A stretch of DNA of 64,000 nt from the NCBI GenBank assembly GCA_947468665.1, contig CANILH010000005.1, positions 512-64,511 of the forward strand, read 5' to 3'. Below the pieces are notes generated by a model that was not told the origin of the DNA, did no database searches, and saw nothing but the letters and a program-made list of their open reading frames with translations. The position numbers and the translations under genes are program-made. Positions 37,239 to 46,688 of the stretch are shown one piece after another; position 1 is the stretch's first letter, and every line of letters starts with the position of its first letter. The DNA is from Oligoflexales bacterium (GTDB taxonomy: Bacteria; Bdellovibrionota_B; Oligoflexia; Oligoflexales; RGVZ01).

Positions 37239-39194
37239 ATGAACGATTCACAAACCATCGGCATTCTCAAAGGTCTGGTCATCGACGGCGTCAACAAAGC
37301 CAAGTCTGGCCACCCAGGTGGGGCGATGAGCTCCATGGATTTCGCTTATATTCTCTTCACGGAGTTTTTGAAATTTGATCCAGATGACAGCCTCTGGCTC
37401 GGACGGGACCGTTTCATCCTGAGCGCCGGCCATGAGTCCATGCTGCAATACTCAATGCTGCACATGATGGGCTGGCTTCCGATCGACGAGCTCAAAAAAT
37501 TCCGCCAGCTCCACAGCAAAACTCCCGGCCACCCGGAGAACTTCCACACCAAAGGTGTCGAGTGCACCACGGGCCCACTCGGCCAGGGTGTCGCCATGGC
37601 AGCGGGCTTTGCCATCGCGGCAAAGCATCTTGCGGCGAGTATTGACTCTAAACTATTCGGCCATAAGATCTATTCCCTTATGGGTGACGGCTGTATGCAA
37701 GAAGACGTCACACTCGGTGCGGCGTCTCTCGCTGGTCATTTGAAACTAAGTAACCTCATTTGGTTTTATGACCGCAACCGCCAACAAATCTCAGGCAATA
37801 TCAATCGCGCCACAAGTGACAACGAGGAATTGGTATTTAAAGGCTTCGGCTGGCACGTCGTAACCATCGACGGCCACGATCACACACAAATCCGCAAAGC
37901 CCTCACTGACGCCCAGACTGCCGAGCGTCCCGTGCTCATCATCGGCAACACCATCATGGCCAAAGGCTGCGCCACCCAGGAAGGTAATCACGAGACTCAC
38001 GGCGCGCCGTTGTCAGCTGATGAGCGCACTAAAACAAAACAAAAACTCGGCATCCCGGACGGCGAGGATTTCTATTGTCCAGAAACCGCCGTCAAACATT
38101 TCCAGCGCCGTTTCGGTGATCTCAGAGCTAAAGCCAAAGAATGGAAGTCTACGGTCACAGACCGCCAAAAAGACAACGACTTCAAAACCACCTGGAACAA
38201 ATACTTCGGCAAAGAAGACTGGTCTAAGCTCACGCCAGTGAACTGGCCATCGGGCGGAAGCGTCGCCACCCGCAACGCCTTCGGTGATGTCCTGAAGCAA
38301 TGGGCAACCGACATCCCAAATCTCATGGGCGGGAGTGCTGACCTTGAACCATCAAACATGACCGGCCCGTTTGCCAAGGCCGTTGGAGACTTCCAGGCGG
38401 CGAGCCCCAAGGGCCGCAATCTGGCCTTCGGTGTCCGCGAGTTCCCGATGTCAGCGATTGCCAACGGCATGGCTCTGCACGGCGGCGTGATTCCTTTTGA
38501 CGCGACGTTCTTAAGCTTCGCTGATTATTCGCGCCCGGCACTTCGCCTCGGCGCGATCCAAAAAATCCGCGTGATTCACGAATTCACCCACGATAGTTTT
38601 TATCTAGGTGAGGATGGCCCGACACACCAACCTGTCGAGCATGTGATGAGTCTCAGGCTCATTCCAGATTTTTATCTGATGCGGCCAGCCGATGCCCGCG
38701 AGACAAGATTCATGATGGAGGAGGCCCTCAAAATCTCACAGCCATCGGCCCTCTGTCTTTCACGCCAAAAACTCCCGACCCTGGAATTCACGCCCGCGCA
38801 GGAGGCCGACTGCCGCAAAGGGGCCTGGATTGTGCAGGATCAGGCAAGTCCTGACCTCATCATATTCGCCACCGGCTCAGAGGTTTCGCTCGCGATGGCG
38901 GCGGCAAAAGACCTGCCGAAATTCAAAACCAAAATTGTCAGCATCCCTTGCTGGGAACTAATGCTTAAGCAGGACAAGTCCTTCCAGGACCGGATGATCT
39001 CACCTGACTGCAAGCGCCGGGTCAGCATCGAGGCCGGCAGCACCCTGGGCTGGCAGAAGTTCACGGGCATGAATGGCCTCAATATCGGCCTGGACACTTT
39101 TGGCGCGAGTGCTCCCATGGAGCAGCTGGTGGAAGAGTATGGCTTCACACCGGCGAAAGTGGTAAGCCGTATCTCGTCGCACTTTAAAGATTGA
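37239..39194 (+). CDS. tkt: Transketolase
   Basis: [48 protein letters not shown]. Confidence 0.97.
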   Translation: MNDSQTIGILKGLVIDGVNKAKSGHPGGAMSSMDFAYILFTEFLKFDPDDSLWLGRDRFILSAGHESMLQYSMLHMMGWLPIDELKKFRQLHSKTPGHPENFHTKGVECTTGPLGQGVAMAAGFAIAAKHLAASIDSKLFGHKIYSLMGDGCMQEDVTLGAASLAGHLKLSNLIWFYDRNRQQISGNINRATSDNEELVFKGFGWHVVTIDGHDHTQIRKALTDAQTAERPVLIIGNTIMAKGCATQEGNHETHGAPLSADERTKTKQKLGIPDGEDFYCPETAVKHFQRRFGDLRAKAKEWKSTVTDRQKDNDFKTTWNKYFGKEDWSKLTPVNWPSGGSVATRNAFGDVLKQWATDIPNLMGGSADLEPSNMTGPFAKAVGDFQAASPKGRNLAFGVREFPMSAIANGMALHGGVIPFDATFLSFADYSRPALRLGAIQKIRVIHEFTHDSFYLGEDGPTHQPVEHVMSLRLIPDFYLMRPADARETRFMMEEALKISQPSALCLSRQKLPTLEFTPAQEADCRKGAWIVQDQASPDLIIFATGSEVSLAMAAAKDLPKFKTKIVSIPCWELMLKQDKSFQDRMISPDCKRRVSIEAGSTLGWQKFTGMNGLNIGLDTFGASAPMEQLVEEYGFTPAKVVSRISSHFKD

Positions 39195-39236
39195 TACCAA
39201 AGATTGATAGCAAGGACTGAGATCAGAGACCAACCC

Positions 39237-39491
39237 ATGACCGAGCCGGGCAAACATCAAGACCGGGAAGCCCTTGCGGCAGCCATCAAAGGCCTACCGC
39301 TCGATGAGCACCTGCGCCAGAAATCCACGTCCAACACACGTGACCCGGCCGACGAGTTCGCCGCCTGGCACGAAAGGTTTCGCCATGAGCTCGCCAGCGA
39401 GTTTGGCGAGGTACCCGATGATGACGATGAGGCCTCCATCGACGAATACATCACGGCTATGCGTAAGCAGTTTCGTCTCAGACTACGCTGA
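39237..39491 (+). CDS. Small acidic hypothetical protein
   Basis: 84-aa ORF after tkt with host-like codon usage, acidic patch VPDDDDE and a basic C-terminus. Confidence 0.55.
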   Translation: MTEPGKHQDREALAAAIKGLPLDEHLRQKSTSNTRDPADEFAAWHERFRHELASEFGEVPDDDDEASIDEYITAMRKQFRLRLR

Positions 39492-39495
39492 AGTC

Positions 39496-39554
39496 TCCGT
39501 CATCCTGACCGAAGGGAAGGACCTGTCCGTCATCCTGACCGAAGGGAAGGACCT
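39496..39554 (+). repeat. Two tandem 29-bp CGTC-type REP-like elements
   Basis: tccgtcatcctgaccgaagggaaggacct x2, period 30. Confidence 0.85.
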
Positions 39555-39627
39555 CGAAGCCCCCCGAAGAACCCCAAATAAAATATTCCGACCAAAATCT
39601 GCATAACTATCTTAAATTACTATATTA

Positions 39628-39656
39628 TTGACTTTTTATATAAATTATATTACTCT
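39628..39656 (+). promoter_or_regulatory. Putative sigma-70 promoter in an AT-rich tract
   Basis: TTGACT-N17-TACTCT upstream of the AAA ATPase. Confidence 0.45.
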
Positions 39657-39694
39657 AATAAAAAGCATTCGATGTCGATTTTTGGAGTGATTTA

Positions 39695-40876
39695 ATGCCA
39701 CATTCCCGCCACAGGTACCTTAAGAGCATCCTGCTGGAGAAGCTGAAATTCTCACCTGTCGTGGCTATCCAAGGCGCTCGCCAGACAGGAAAAAGCTTCA
39801 CCGCCCGCGAGCTTCTCAAAACAGACTGCCCCAAATCCGCTTATGTGACTTTGGATCGACCAAGTGATCGCGAGCTCGCTAAAAACGCGCCGGAGTCTTT
39901 TCTCGAAAATTACGCGGACCATGTTCCCATCATTATCGACGAGGCTCAAAAAGTACCGGAGCTATTTGACGCTGTTAAATTCATCGTCGACAAGGACAAG
40001 AGGCCCGGTCAGTTTTTACTTCTCGGCTCGACCGAATTCTCAAAAAAGACACTCATTCGTGAATCTCTGACTGGCCGCATTTCGACCGCTAAAATGATGC
40101 CCTTTACCTGCGCCGAGGCGCTTCAGCTTCCCCTCAAAAAATCAGACTCCTGCTTCAGCGTACTGCCTTTGCCAAGATGCGAGCGCAAAGACCTAATGCG
40201 TCATCTTCAGCGGGGTGGAATGCCTGGAATTTTCAGTATTCACTCCGAGCGGGAGCGGATCGGCAAGCTCAAGGAATGGCTAGAGTTAACTGTTTACCGT
40301 GACCTGACCCTGATCCCGAAGGTGAAAATTGACACCGATCTCGCCATGGCGATTCTTAGGGAAATCGCGCGTTTGGACGAACCAACCGCTGGAAATATCG
40401 CGAAAAAATTAAAACGCGACCTGCGCCGGATTCAGACTCATTTGAATTGCCTAGAACTTCTTTTTGTCATTCACAAGCTATCACCCATTGACGAGAGCAG
40501 CGGCAAGCCGATTTACTTCTTACTCGATGTCGCTTTCGCGCATTATTTCGAGGCGGACTTCGCGCGATGTCTCCATACATGGCTCGTACAGGAGACTTTA
40601 GCCAACAAAGAATGGTCCGAAAACATTCGAGAGACCATCGGATATTATCGCAGCGCGAAGGGCGCCATGACGCACCTCATCATAAAACACTCCCGCACGC
40701 GATGGGACGCGGTAAAAATAATCGCCAACGAGAAATTCAGCGCCAAGGATCTCTGGAGCCTGACCAGGCTACGGGAAAAACTCCCAGCTGAAGTCACGCT
40801 GAGCCTCCTCGCGCTGACCTCAACCTCGGCAGACCTCGAAGGTGTCAAATGCAAACCTTGGGAATCTATTGTCTAG
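39695..40876 (+). CDS. AAA_14 + DUF4143 ATP-binding protein
   Basis: GARQTGKS Walker A, IIIDEAQKVP Walker B, FLLLGS, ESLTGR, RGGMPG. Confidence 0.9.
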   Translation: MPHSRHRYLKSILLEKLKFSPVVAIQGARQTGKSFTARELLKTDCPKSAYVTLDRPSDRELAKNAPESFLENYADHVPIIIDEAQKVPELFDAVKFIVDKDKRPGQFLLLGSTEFSKKTLIRESLTGRISTAKMMPFTCAEALQLPLKKSDSCFSVLPLPRCERKDLMRHLQRGGMPGIFSIHSERERIGKLKEWLELTVYRDLTLIPKVKIDTDLAMAILREIARLDEPTAGNIAKKLKRDLRRIQTHLNCLELLFVIHKLSPIDESSGKPIYFLLDVAFAHYFEADFARCLHTWLVQETLANKEWSENIRETIGYYRSAKGAMTHLIIKHSRTRWDAVKIIANEKFSAKDLWSLTRLREKLPAEVTLSLLALTSTSADLEGVKCKPWESIV

Positions 40877-40894
40877 CCATTCACTAACAGCTCG

Positions 40895-42004
40895 CTCCGT
40901 GACGCCGCTCGCCAACGGAAACTACGTCGTGGCGAGTCCGAACTGGAGTAACGGCGGCACTGCCGCAAACGCAATGGGAGCCGTCACCTTCAGAAAAGGC
41001 GACGGAACTAGCGCCAACGGCGTCGTGTCGGCCGCCAACAGCCTCGTCGGCTCCAACGCGGGAGACAAGGTGGGCTTCTACGGCATCAAGGCTCTTTCGA
41101 AGGGAACTCCCGGCACGAACGGAAACTACGTGGTGCCGAGTCCGAACTGGAAAAACGGGTCCTTCGCGACGGCCGGAGCCGTCACCTGCGGCTCAGGAAC
41201 GTCCGGCGTGTCGGGAACCATGTCGTCCTCAAACAGCCTCGTCGGCTCCTCGGCGGGAGACCTGGTCGGAAGCCTCAACGTCTACGATCCTAACTATACG
41301 GTATCCTCGCTTGTATTCGACCCAAGGTTCAACTCCATCACGGAGCTCGCCAACGAAAACTACGTCGTGTACGCCAGCTCCTTCTTAGACCCAGCCTTAG
41401 GAGTCGGCCCAGGATCCGGCGCCGTGACGTTCAGAAAAGGAGACTGCTCGAACGTCGACGGAGTCGTCTCGTCCGCCAACAGCCTCATGGGCCACCTGGA
41501 CTCAACTACGACCCCGGGCGTGACGGCCCTCACGGGCGGCAACTACGTCGTTCTAGAGCCGGGCTACAGCGACGGGGTCCATTACGTCGGCGCGGCAATT
41601 TTCATGGACGGAACCAGCGGGCGTACGTCCACCTGGTCCTCCGACGGAAACTCGAACGTAATATCGTCCTCAAACAGCCTCGTCGGTAATAGCGACAACG
41701 ACTTCGGCGCCGCGTCGGTCACCGCCCTCTCGAACGGCAACTACGTCGTGGCGTCTCCTAGCTATAACGAAGGGGGTCAGACCCTGGGAATGGCCACATG
41801 GGGATCTGGCACCTCCGGCGTCTCTGGAAACGTGCAACGTCCAACAGTCTGACCGGGACAGCGTCGATGCCTATCGTCGGAATCGACGTCAACGGGAACG
41901 GATTCATCAGGGCGTTGTCCAACGGCAATTACTCCACCTCCGCCAAAGACCCGTTCGCGTTCATCGGCGACGGCTCGCTCATGAGCGCTGGGACGCTGCC
42001 TTAA
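40895..42004 (+). pseudogene. Fragment of an adhesin/filamentous-haemagglutinin-like repeat protein (DUF5650-like repeats), frameshifted
   Basis: Repeated L.NGNYVV.SP.W...GAVT...G.VS..NSLVG units. No signal peptide or credible start. Frameshift near 41835 where repeats continue in another frame (ATSNSLTG...ALSNGNY). Confidence 0.75.
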
Positions 42005-42008
42005 TTAA

Positions 42009-42126
42009 GCGTGATTCACGAGTTCACCCACGATAGTTTTTATCTAGGTGAGGATGGCCCGACACACCAGCCTGTTGAGCACGTAATGAGTCTATGGCTC
42101 ATTACGGATTTTTATCTGATGCGGCC
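42009..42126 (+). repeat. Diverged direct-repeat copy of tkt 38569-38686
   Basis: 118 bp with 9 mismatches counted by eye. Encodes [28 protein letters not shown]. Confidence 0.95.
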
Positions 42127-42230
42127 GGCAATGACCTATAGCGGTTTTAAACATGCGGTGTTAACATTTTGAAGAGATCTCGTAACACGATAGTATCTTA
42201 TTGAAAACCCGCACAAACATTGGGTCGAAA

Positions 42231-42659
42231 ATGGCAGCTGGCAGCAATAGCTTATCAAAAAAGGACCTTTTAGACATCGTAGCTACCGTTCAAGCATGTC
42301 TGCCGTTAGCTCAGGGTGTATATATCTATGGCTCCATGGCTCGCGGCGAAGGCCGGTCCGACAGCGATGTAGATATCGCGGTCGTGCAAATCAATCCGCT
42401 TGAACCGGAGCAGGCTTTGCAACTACGCAGTCAACTCGGTGTGCGCCTTGGTCGAGACATTGACGTTTTAGATCTTCGACGAGCATCAACGGAGATCGCG
42501 TTTCAAGTTGTAGGAGAAGGGCAATGTATTTGGGGAGCGGAGGATGAAAGCGTCGCACTTTATGAAAATAGCATTATGTCGATGTATGCCAATCTTCAAA
42601 ACGAGCGCAGGGAAATTATAGAAGACATTGTTAAACGCGGGAGTGTCTATGGCAAGTGA
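42231..42659 (+). CDS. mntA: MNT (MntA-like) adenylyltransferase antitoxin, type VII TA
   Basis: YGSMARG...DSDVDIAV (GSX10DXD), IDVLDL. Overlaps the HEPN gene. Confidence 0.88.
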   Translation: MAAGSNSLSKKDLLDIVATVQACLPLAQGVYIYGSMARGEGRSDSDVDIAVVQINPLEPEQALQLRSQLGVRLGRDIDVLDLRRASTEIAFQVVGEGQCIWGAEDESVALYENSIMSMYANLQNERREIIEDIVKRGSVYGK

Positions 42660-43062
42660 CCCGATCCTGTTAAGGAAGTCACAAATAATTGAACGATGCG
42701 TTCAAAGAATTACCGAAGAGATGGGTGATGCTTCTGGCATCGAATCCCTCAGTCAGACCAAGCAGGATTCCGTCCTTCTGAACCTTGAGCGAGCTTGCCA
42801 AGCTAGTATCGATGCGGCAATGCGGATAGTACGGCTCAAAAAACTAGGACTACCGGCGGAGTCCCGAGAAGCTTTCAAACTCCTTCTTCAGGGGCATTTC
42901 ATCGATGAGCAGCTTTATAAGCGCATGATCAGCATGGTCGGGTTTCGAAATACCGCAGTCCACGACTATCAGGGTCTTAATCTAAAAATAATCGACGGTA
43001 TCGTTCGAAGTCATTTGACGGATCTGATTTCGTTTGCGCGTGCGGCCATTTTGCTGGCATAG
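42649..43062 (+). CDS. hepT: HEPN (HepT/DUF86) RNase toxin
   Basis: NLERACQASID, GFRNTAVHDY (RX4HXY). Confidence 0.9.
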   Translation: MASDPILLRKSQIIERCVQRITEEMGDASGIESLSQTKQDSVLLNLERACQASIDAAMRIVRLKKLGLPAESREAFKLLLQGHFIDEQLYKRMISMVGFRNTAVHDYQGLNLKIIDGIVRSHLTDLISFARAAILLA

Positions 43063-43100
43063 ATTATGGGTGCCCCACCTGATCCAAAACCACCCCCTAG

Positions 43101-43190
43101 AATTAAGGGGACACCTATATGGACCAGCTCTTTTGAGTCAACCACAATTTGAAACCTTTGAAATATTTCGCGACTAATTAAGGGGACACC
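43101..43190 (+). repeat. 15-bp direct repeat aattaaggggacacc x2, with an opposed gggtgcccc at ~43068
   Basis: Exact copies at 43101-43115 and 43176-43190. Confidence 0.7.
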
Positions 43191-43382
43191 CGACTGGTTT
43201 GTGAATTATTTGGCCAGCATCTCGCCTTAACAGACTGCCCAAAGACTTATGAATAGCCGGTCTCACAGCTCCGGCGTTGGAGTCACTGAGTGACGCTGAA
43301 CAGACACTTTGAGCGGCGATTCCCGGGTAAAAAAGCATCGTAGCGTATTAAAGAATTCTTTCCGGAATTCACCAATGGCAAG

Positions 43383-44579
43383 TCATCCATTTACAAGGGC
43401 CAAAGCGGGGATAATGCTGGAACGTGGGGACAGATGCGCGAAATTTTCGCCCAAGGTCGCGTATATAATTTTCGCTTTGGGATAGGATTTCAAAAAACTC
43501 TGAGCGGCACCGACAGCCTGCGGACCTGGATAATCCTCCAAAATGGGAAGAATACCCAGTTCTCCCGCAGCGAATTTAAAGCAAATAGGAACATTCACGC
43601 CAGCGCGGGTCCGATACTGAAACAGCTCCGCGTTTAACTCTGGGCGATAGTGTGTCTGACACCTCAAGTTAGCGTAAAGAAAACGGGTCAGGTCAAACAG
43701 AGGATCCGTCCGATTACCAATAAGAAATGTCGCCTCCCCTTGATCTTCCATGACATACGCGGGTTTTTTGGCTGAACCCTCACATGGAATCATGCGTATT
43801 AAAAATAGCGCCTCAAAGGCCCGCATAATTTTCACAATTGTTGGTCGCGAAATTCTCGTCGCCCTTGACGCGTCATTCCATTCAAATGGCTCATGCTGAT
43901 GCATCGCGACGTACGTCAAAAGACCCCTTAGAGACTGAAATGAAAGTGAGGTATTCATCAACAGACGCAAGTCTCTTTCGAGAATAGTCTCCAACTGCGT
44001 CGCGATTTTTTGATTAAATAGTGATTTCTCACGCAGCGCGAATAACCCGGGCAGACCACCGCCGCGAAGATACCTCTCGACTACTTTATCGCTGATGGCG
44101 GCTTTTTTGCGCGGTGACCATTTTTGCCATGATTTTGACAATTGAATCAAAGAATCCGGAAGAGCCTCCTGCATAGATTCCGATAGATCCATTGGTAAAA
44201 GCTCAAAATAAATGACACGACCAGTTAATGACTCCTGTATCGCCTTGCGACTGGAAAAACGAACTGATCCCGTTAGAATAAACTGCCCCGGCCGGGGATT
44301 TCGGCGCACTTGCTCTTTAAGGGCTGGAAACAATTCCGGCAAGAGCTGGCTTTCGTCCAGCACCGTTGGGTACTTGTCGATTGACTCCAAAAACCCAGTG
44401 GGGTCATTTAGAACTAAATCCCGTGTAACCCGCAAATCAAGACTATAGTAAGACTTCGATATATATGAGCTCAGGGTGGTTTTGCCCACCTGACGATGAC
44501 CCAACAAGGCCACTAAAGGGCTGAACTTCAACCCTTTTTGCAATTGCGCCAATAAATGTCTCTGTCGGAAATGGGGCAT
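43383..44579 (-). CDS. AAA_14 + DUF4143 ATP-binding protein (second paralogue)
   Basis: GHRQVGKT, VLDESQ, FILTGS, ESLTGR, GGGLPG. Confidence 0.9.
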   Translation of the reverse strand: MPHFRQRHLLAQLQKGLKFSPLVALLGHRQVGKTTLSSYISKSYYSLDLRVTRDLVLNDPTGFLESIDKYPTVLDESQLLPELFPALKEQVRRNPRPGQFILTGSVRFSSRKAIQESLTGRVIYFELLPMDLSESMQEALPDSLIQLSKSWQKWSPRKKAAISDKVVERYLRGGGLPGLFALREKSLFNQKIATQLETILERDLRLLMNTSLSFQSLRGLLTYVAMHQHEPFEWNDASRATRISRPTIVKIMRAFEALFLIRMIPCEGSAKKPAYVMEDQGEATFLIGNRTDPLFDLTRFLYANLRCQTHYRPELNAELFQYRTRAGVNVPICFKFAAGELGILPILEDYPGPQAVGAAQSFLKSYPKAKIIYATLGENFAHLSPRSSIIPALALVNG

Positions 44580-44621
44580 AGATGGAGCTTACATCTGGTC
44601 GGTAAAAATGTAAAGGCCCAA

Positions 44622-45905
44622 TTACATTTTTACATAGGTCGCGGGAGTTCGTGAAGACGGCGAAGTAAAAGCCACTAGCCTTGTGTCGCGACCACCGTGA
44701 GAAAAATGGCATGTGTGGCATGTAAATGATTTTAATTTTGTGAGCAAGGCCCGCCACGAGTCCTCGTCGGGACAAATGACATAGCCTGAAATATTATTGG
44801 ATTTAGATAACCGCGCGAGCGCAAGACCCAGGCGCTCATAGATGGAGACGCTGCCGGTTTGTTTCGCGAGGCGAAGGCCATAGGGCGGATTGAGTGGCAG
44901 AAATAATTCGAACCCGGTAGCGGCAAGAGTGTCGGGACTCGCCAGAAAATCATTTAATGTCATACGGACATCAATATCCACGCCGATACTTTCTTTAAAC
45001 GACGTTACCTGCGAGCTCAGCGCGTCAAATATTTCTGGCGTGTTATCACCAAACACTATTTTGGGCTTGCCCGCGCCCCTTGCTGCCAGAAGGCGCTTGC
45101 GAATGGAGGACATGGTTGCCTCGGGATGAAAGGAGAAGTCTTCGCAAGCGTAATGATCTCTGGTGAGAGCCGGAGTAATGTTGAGCACCCGGCAGACTGC
45201 TTCAAAACCAGTGGTTCCTGTTCCGGCAAATGGCGCCGCAACAGTTACCTCACCGCACGCGATTTTGTTCTTTAGGTCGCCGCCAATCTGTTTGGCACTC
45301 CAGAGGAAGCAAGCCGACGCGTGATGCTCGGGCAGCGGCGCGGTGGCACCACCCACGCGGGCTTTGTAGCCACGTTTATACAGAGGCTCACCCGCGAGGC
45401 TGACCAAGATTCTTGTCCGGTTTTTGCCGCTGTCGATTCTAACACGGTGACTTTTTGACTCCGCTGCCTCTTCGTTTTCATTCTCACCAGCACCAAAACC
45501 CCAAGTCGCGACCGCGATCTCTCGGATGTCTTTAGCGGTGCCGACCACGGGATGACTGACCATTGCCGAGACCTTTGTGTCCGCCGCCACGCCACCCTTA
45601 AATAATTCCCCTACTCCTGACGCCTCAAAAAATCCCTTCCAGTCACCCCGTGATGAGACGCGGCCACTGTGAATCACCCACTCCACATCGTGAGCGGTGG
45701 TGAGTCTTGCCACCAGCTCAAGGGCCTGGCGGTAGTCGCAGTCAGAGACCACCACGATGCCGTCTTCGATGACAGCAGCGGGCTTAAATTTATATTTTTG
45801 GGTTGGGGCGTCCAGCACGGCAGACACGTCTTGTAACGTCAGATCGACCCAACCCGGGGCGGGGCGGACAAGAAAACGCTGGGGCTTGGCGAGATAAGAG
45901 GACAT
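44622..45905 (-). CDS. RlmL-like (THUMP/UPF0020) RNA methyltransferase
   Basis: SLAGEPLYKRGY, APLPEH, PFAGTGT SAM-binding motif, NPPYG. Confidence 0.8.
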   Translation of the reverse strand: MSSYLAKPQRFLVRPAPGWVDLTLQDVSAVLDAPTQKYKFKPAAVIEDGIVVVSDCDYRQALELVARLTTAHDVEWVIHSGRVSSRGDWKGFFEASGVGELFKGGVAADTKVSAMVSHPVVGTAKDIREIAVATWGFGAGENENEEAAESKSHRVRIDSGKNRTRILVSLAGEPLYKRGYKARVGGATAPLPEHHASACFLWSAKQIGGDLKNKIACGEVTVAAPFAGTGTTGFEAVCRVLNITPALTRDHYACEDFSFHPEATMSSIRKRLLAARGAGKPKIVFGDNTPEIFDALSSQVTSFKESIGVDIDVRMTLNDFLASPDTLAATGFELFLPLNPPYGLRLAKQTGSVSIYERLGLALARLSKSNNISGYVICPDEDSWRALLTKLKSFTCHTCHFSHGGRDTRLVAFTSPSSRTPATYVKM

Positions 45906-46150
45906 TGGGATCCCGATCTATTGATAGGCATTGACGGGCACCGGATGCTCCGGCCTGCTTAGGAATTGTGCGTTTGCCGGTATTGCTGGGAATAAGCAAG
46001 CAAAAAGCTCCATGCTGACCCCCGCGGGCGGCATCATTTTTAGACCTCAACCCCCCGTCCTTGTTGCATTTAACGAACAATTTAGTAGTCTCTCTGTTCG
46101 CCGGAATGTGTTCCGGCGGTTATATTGAAATACCTTTGGAGTTTAAGAAC

Positions 46151-46579
46151 ATGACACAACAAACATTCTCGATCATCAAACCAGACGCCGTTGAGCGTAA
46201 CCTCGTCGGCAAAATCATCGGCCGCTTCGAGGAAGAAGGCCTTAACGTGGTCGCTCTCGAGATGCGCCACCTCGCCCGCCACGAAGCTGAGGGATTCTAC
46301 GCGGAGCACAAAGCCCGTCCATTCTTCGGCGAACTTTGCGACTTTATGACACGCAGTCCAGTATGTCTGATGGCTCTTGAGGGACCAGACGCCGTCGCTA
46401 AAAACCGCAAAATCATGGGCGCCACAAACCCAGCTAACGCTGACGCTGGCACCATCCGCAAGCTTTTCGCCAAATCAGTCGGCGAAAACAGCGTTCACGG
46501 TTCTGACAGCCCAGAAGCGGCTGCCCGTGAGATCAGCTATTTCTTCCGCGGCATCAGCGTTTATCCTAAGAAGAAATAA
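46151..46579 (+). CDS. ndk: Nucleoside diphosphate kinase
   Basis: [32 protein letters not shown]. Confidence 0.97.
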   Translation: MTQQTFSIIKPDAVERNLVGKIIGRFEEEGLNVVALEMRHLARHEAEGFYAEHKARPFFGELCDFMTRSPVCLMALEGPDAVAKNRKIMGATNPANADAGTIRKLFAKSVGENSVHGSDSPEAAAREISYFFRGISVYPKKK

Positions 46580-46613
46580 TTACCTGAATTGAATCAGTTT
46601 TTTCAGACCCCCA

Positions 46614-46646
46614 CCGGGCAGACCACGACGGTCTGCCCCGGGTTTC
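46614..46646 (+). terminator. Probable intrinsic terminator/hairpin after ndk
   Basis: gggcagacc-N5-ggtctgccc followed by cgggtttct. Confidence 0.45.
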
Positions 46647-46688
46647 TGCTGAATAAAGATGACAATAGATAGAAAGGACACTCTCAAA

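Noticed and set aside
39274-39606. ORF with repeated peptide SVILTEGKDL
   Set aside because: The peptide repeat is simply the translation of the REP-like DNA tandem, and the ORF overlaps a more plausible one.
42009-42126. DGR template/variable repeat pair with tkt
   Set aside because: Mismatches are not adenine-specific in either copy, they favour third codon positions, and no reverse transcriptase is present.
39200-44600. Prophage, IS or integron
   Set aside because: No integrase, transposase, phage structural gene or attC-like array was recognised.
45906-46150. ncRNA or riboswitch upstream of ndk
   Set aside because: Only one 8-bp hairpin (cgccggaa-tgtg-ttccggcg) is present, with no recognisable family motif.
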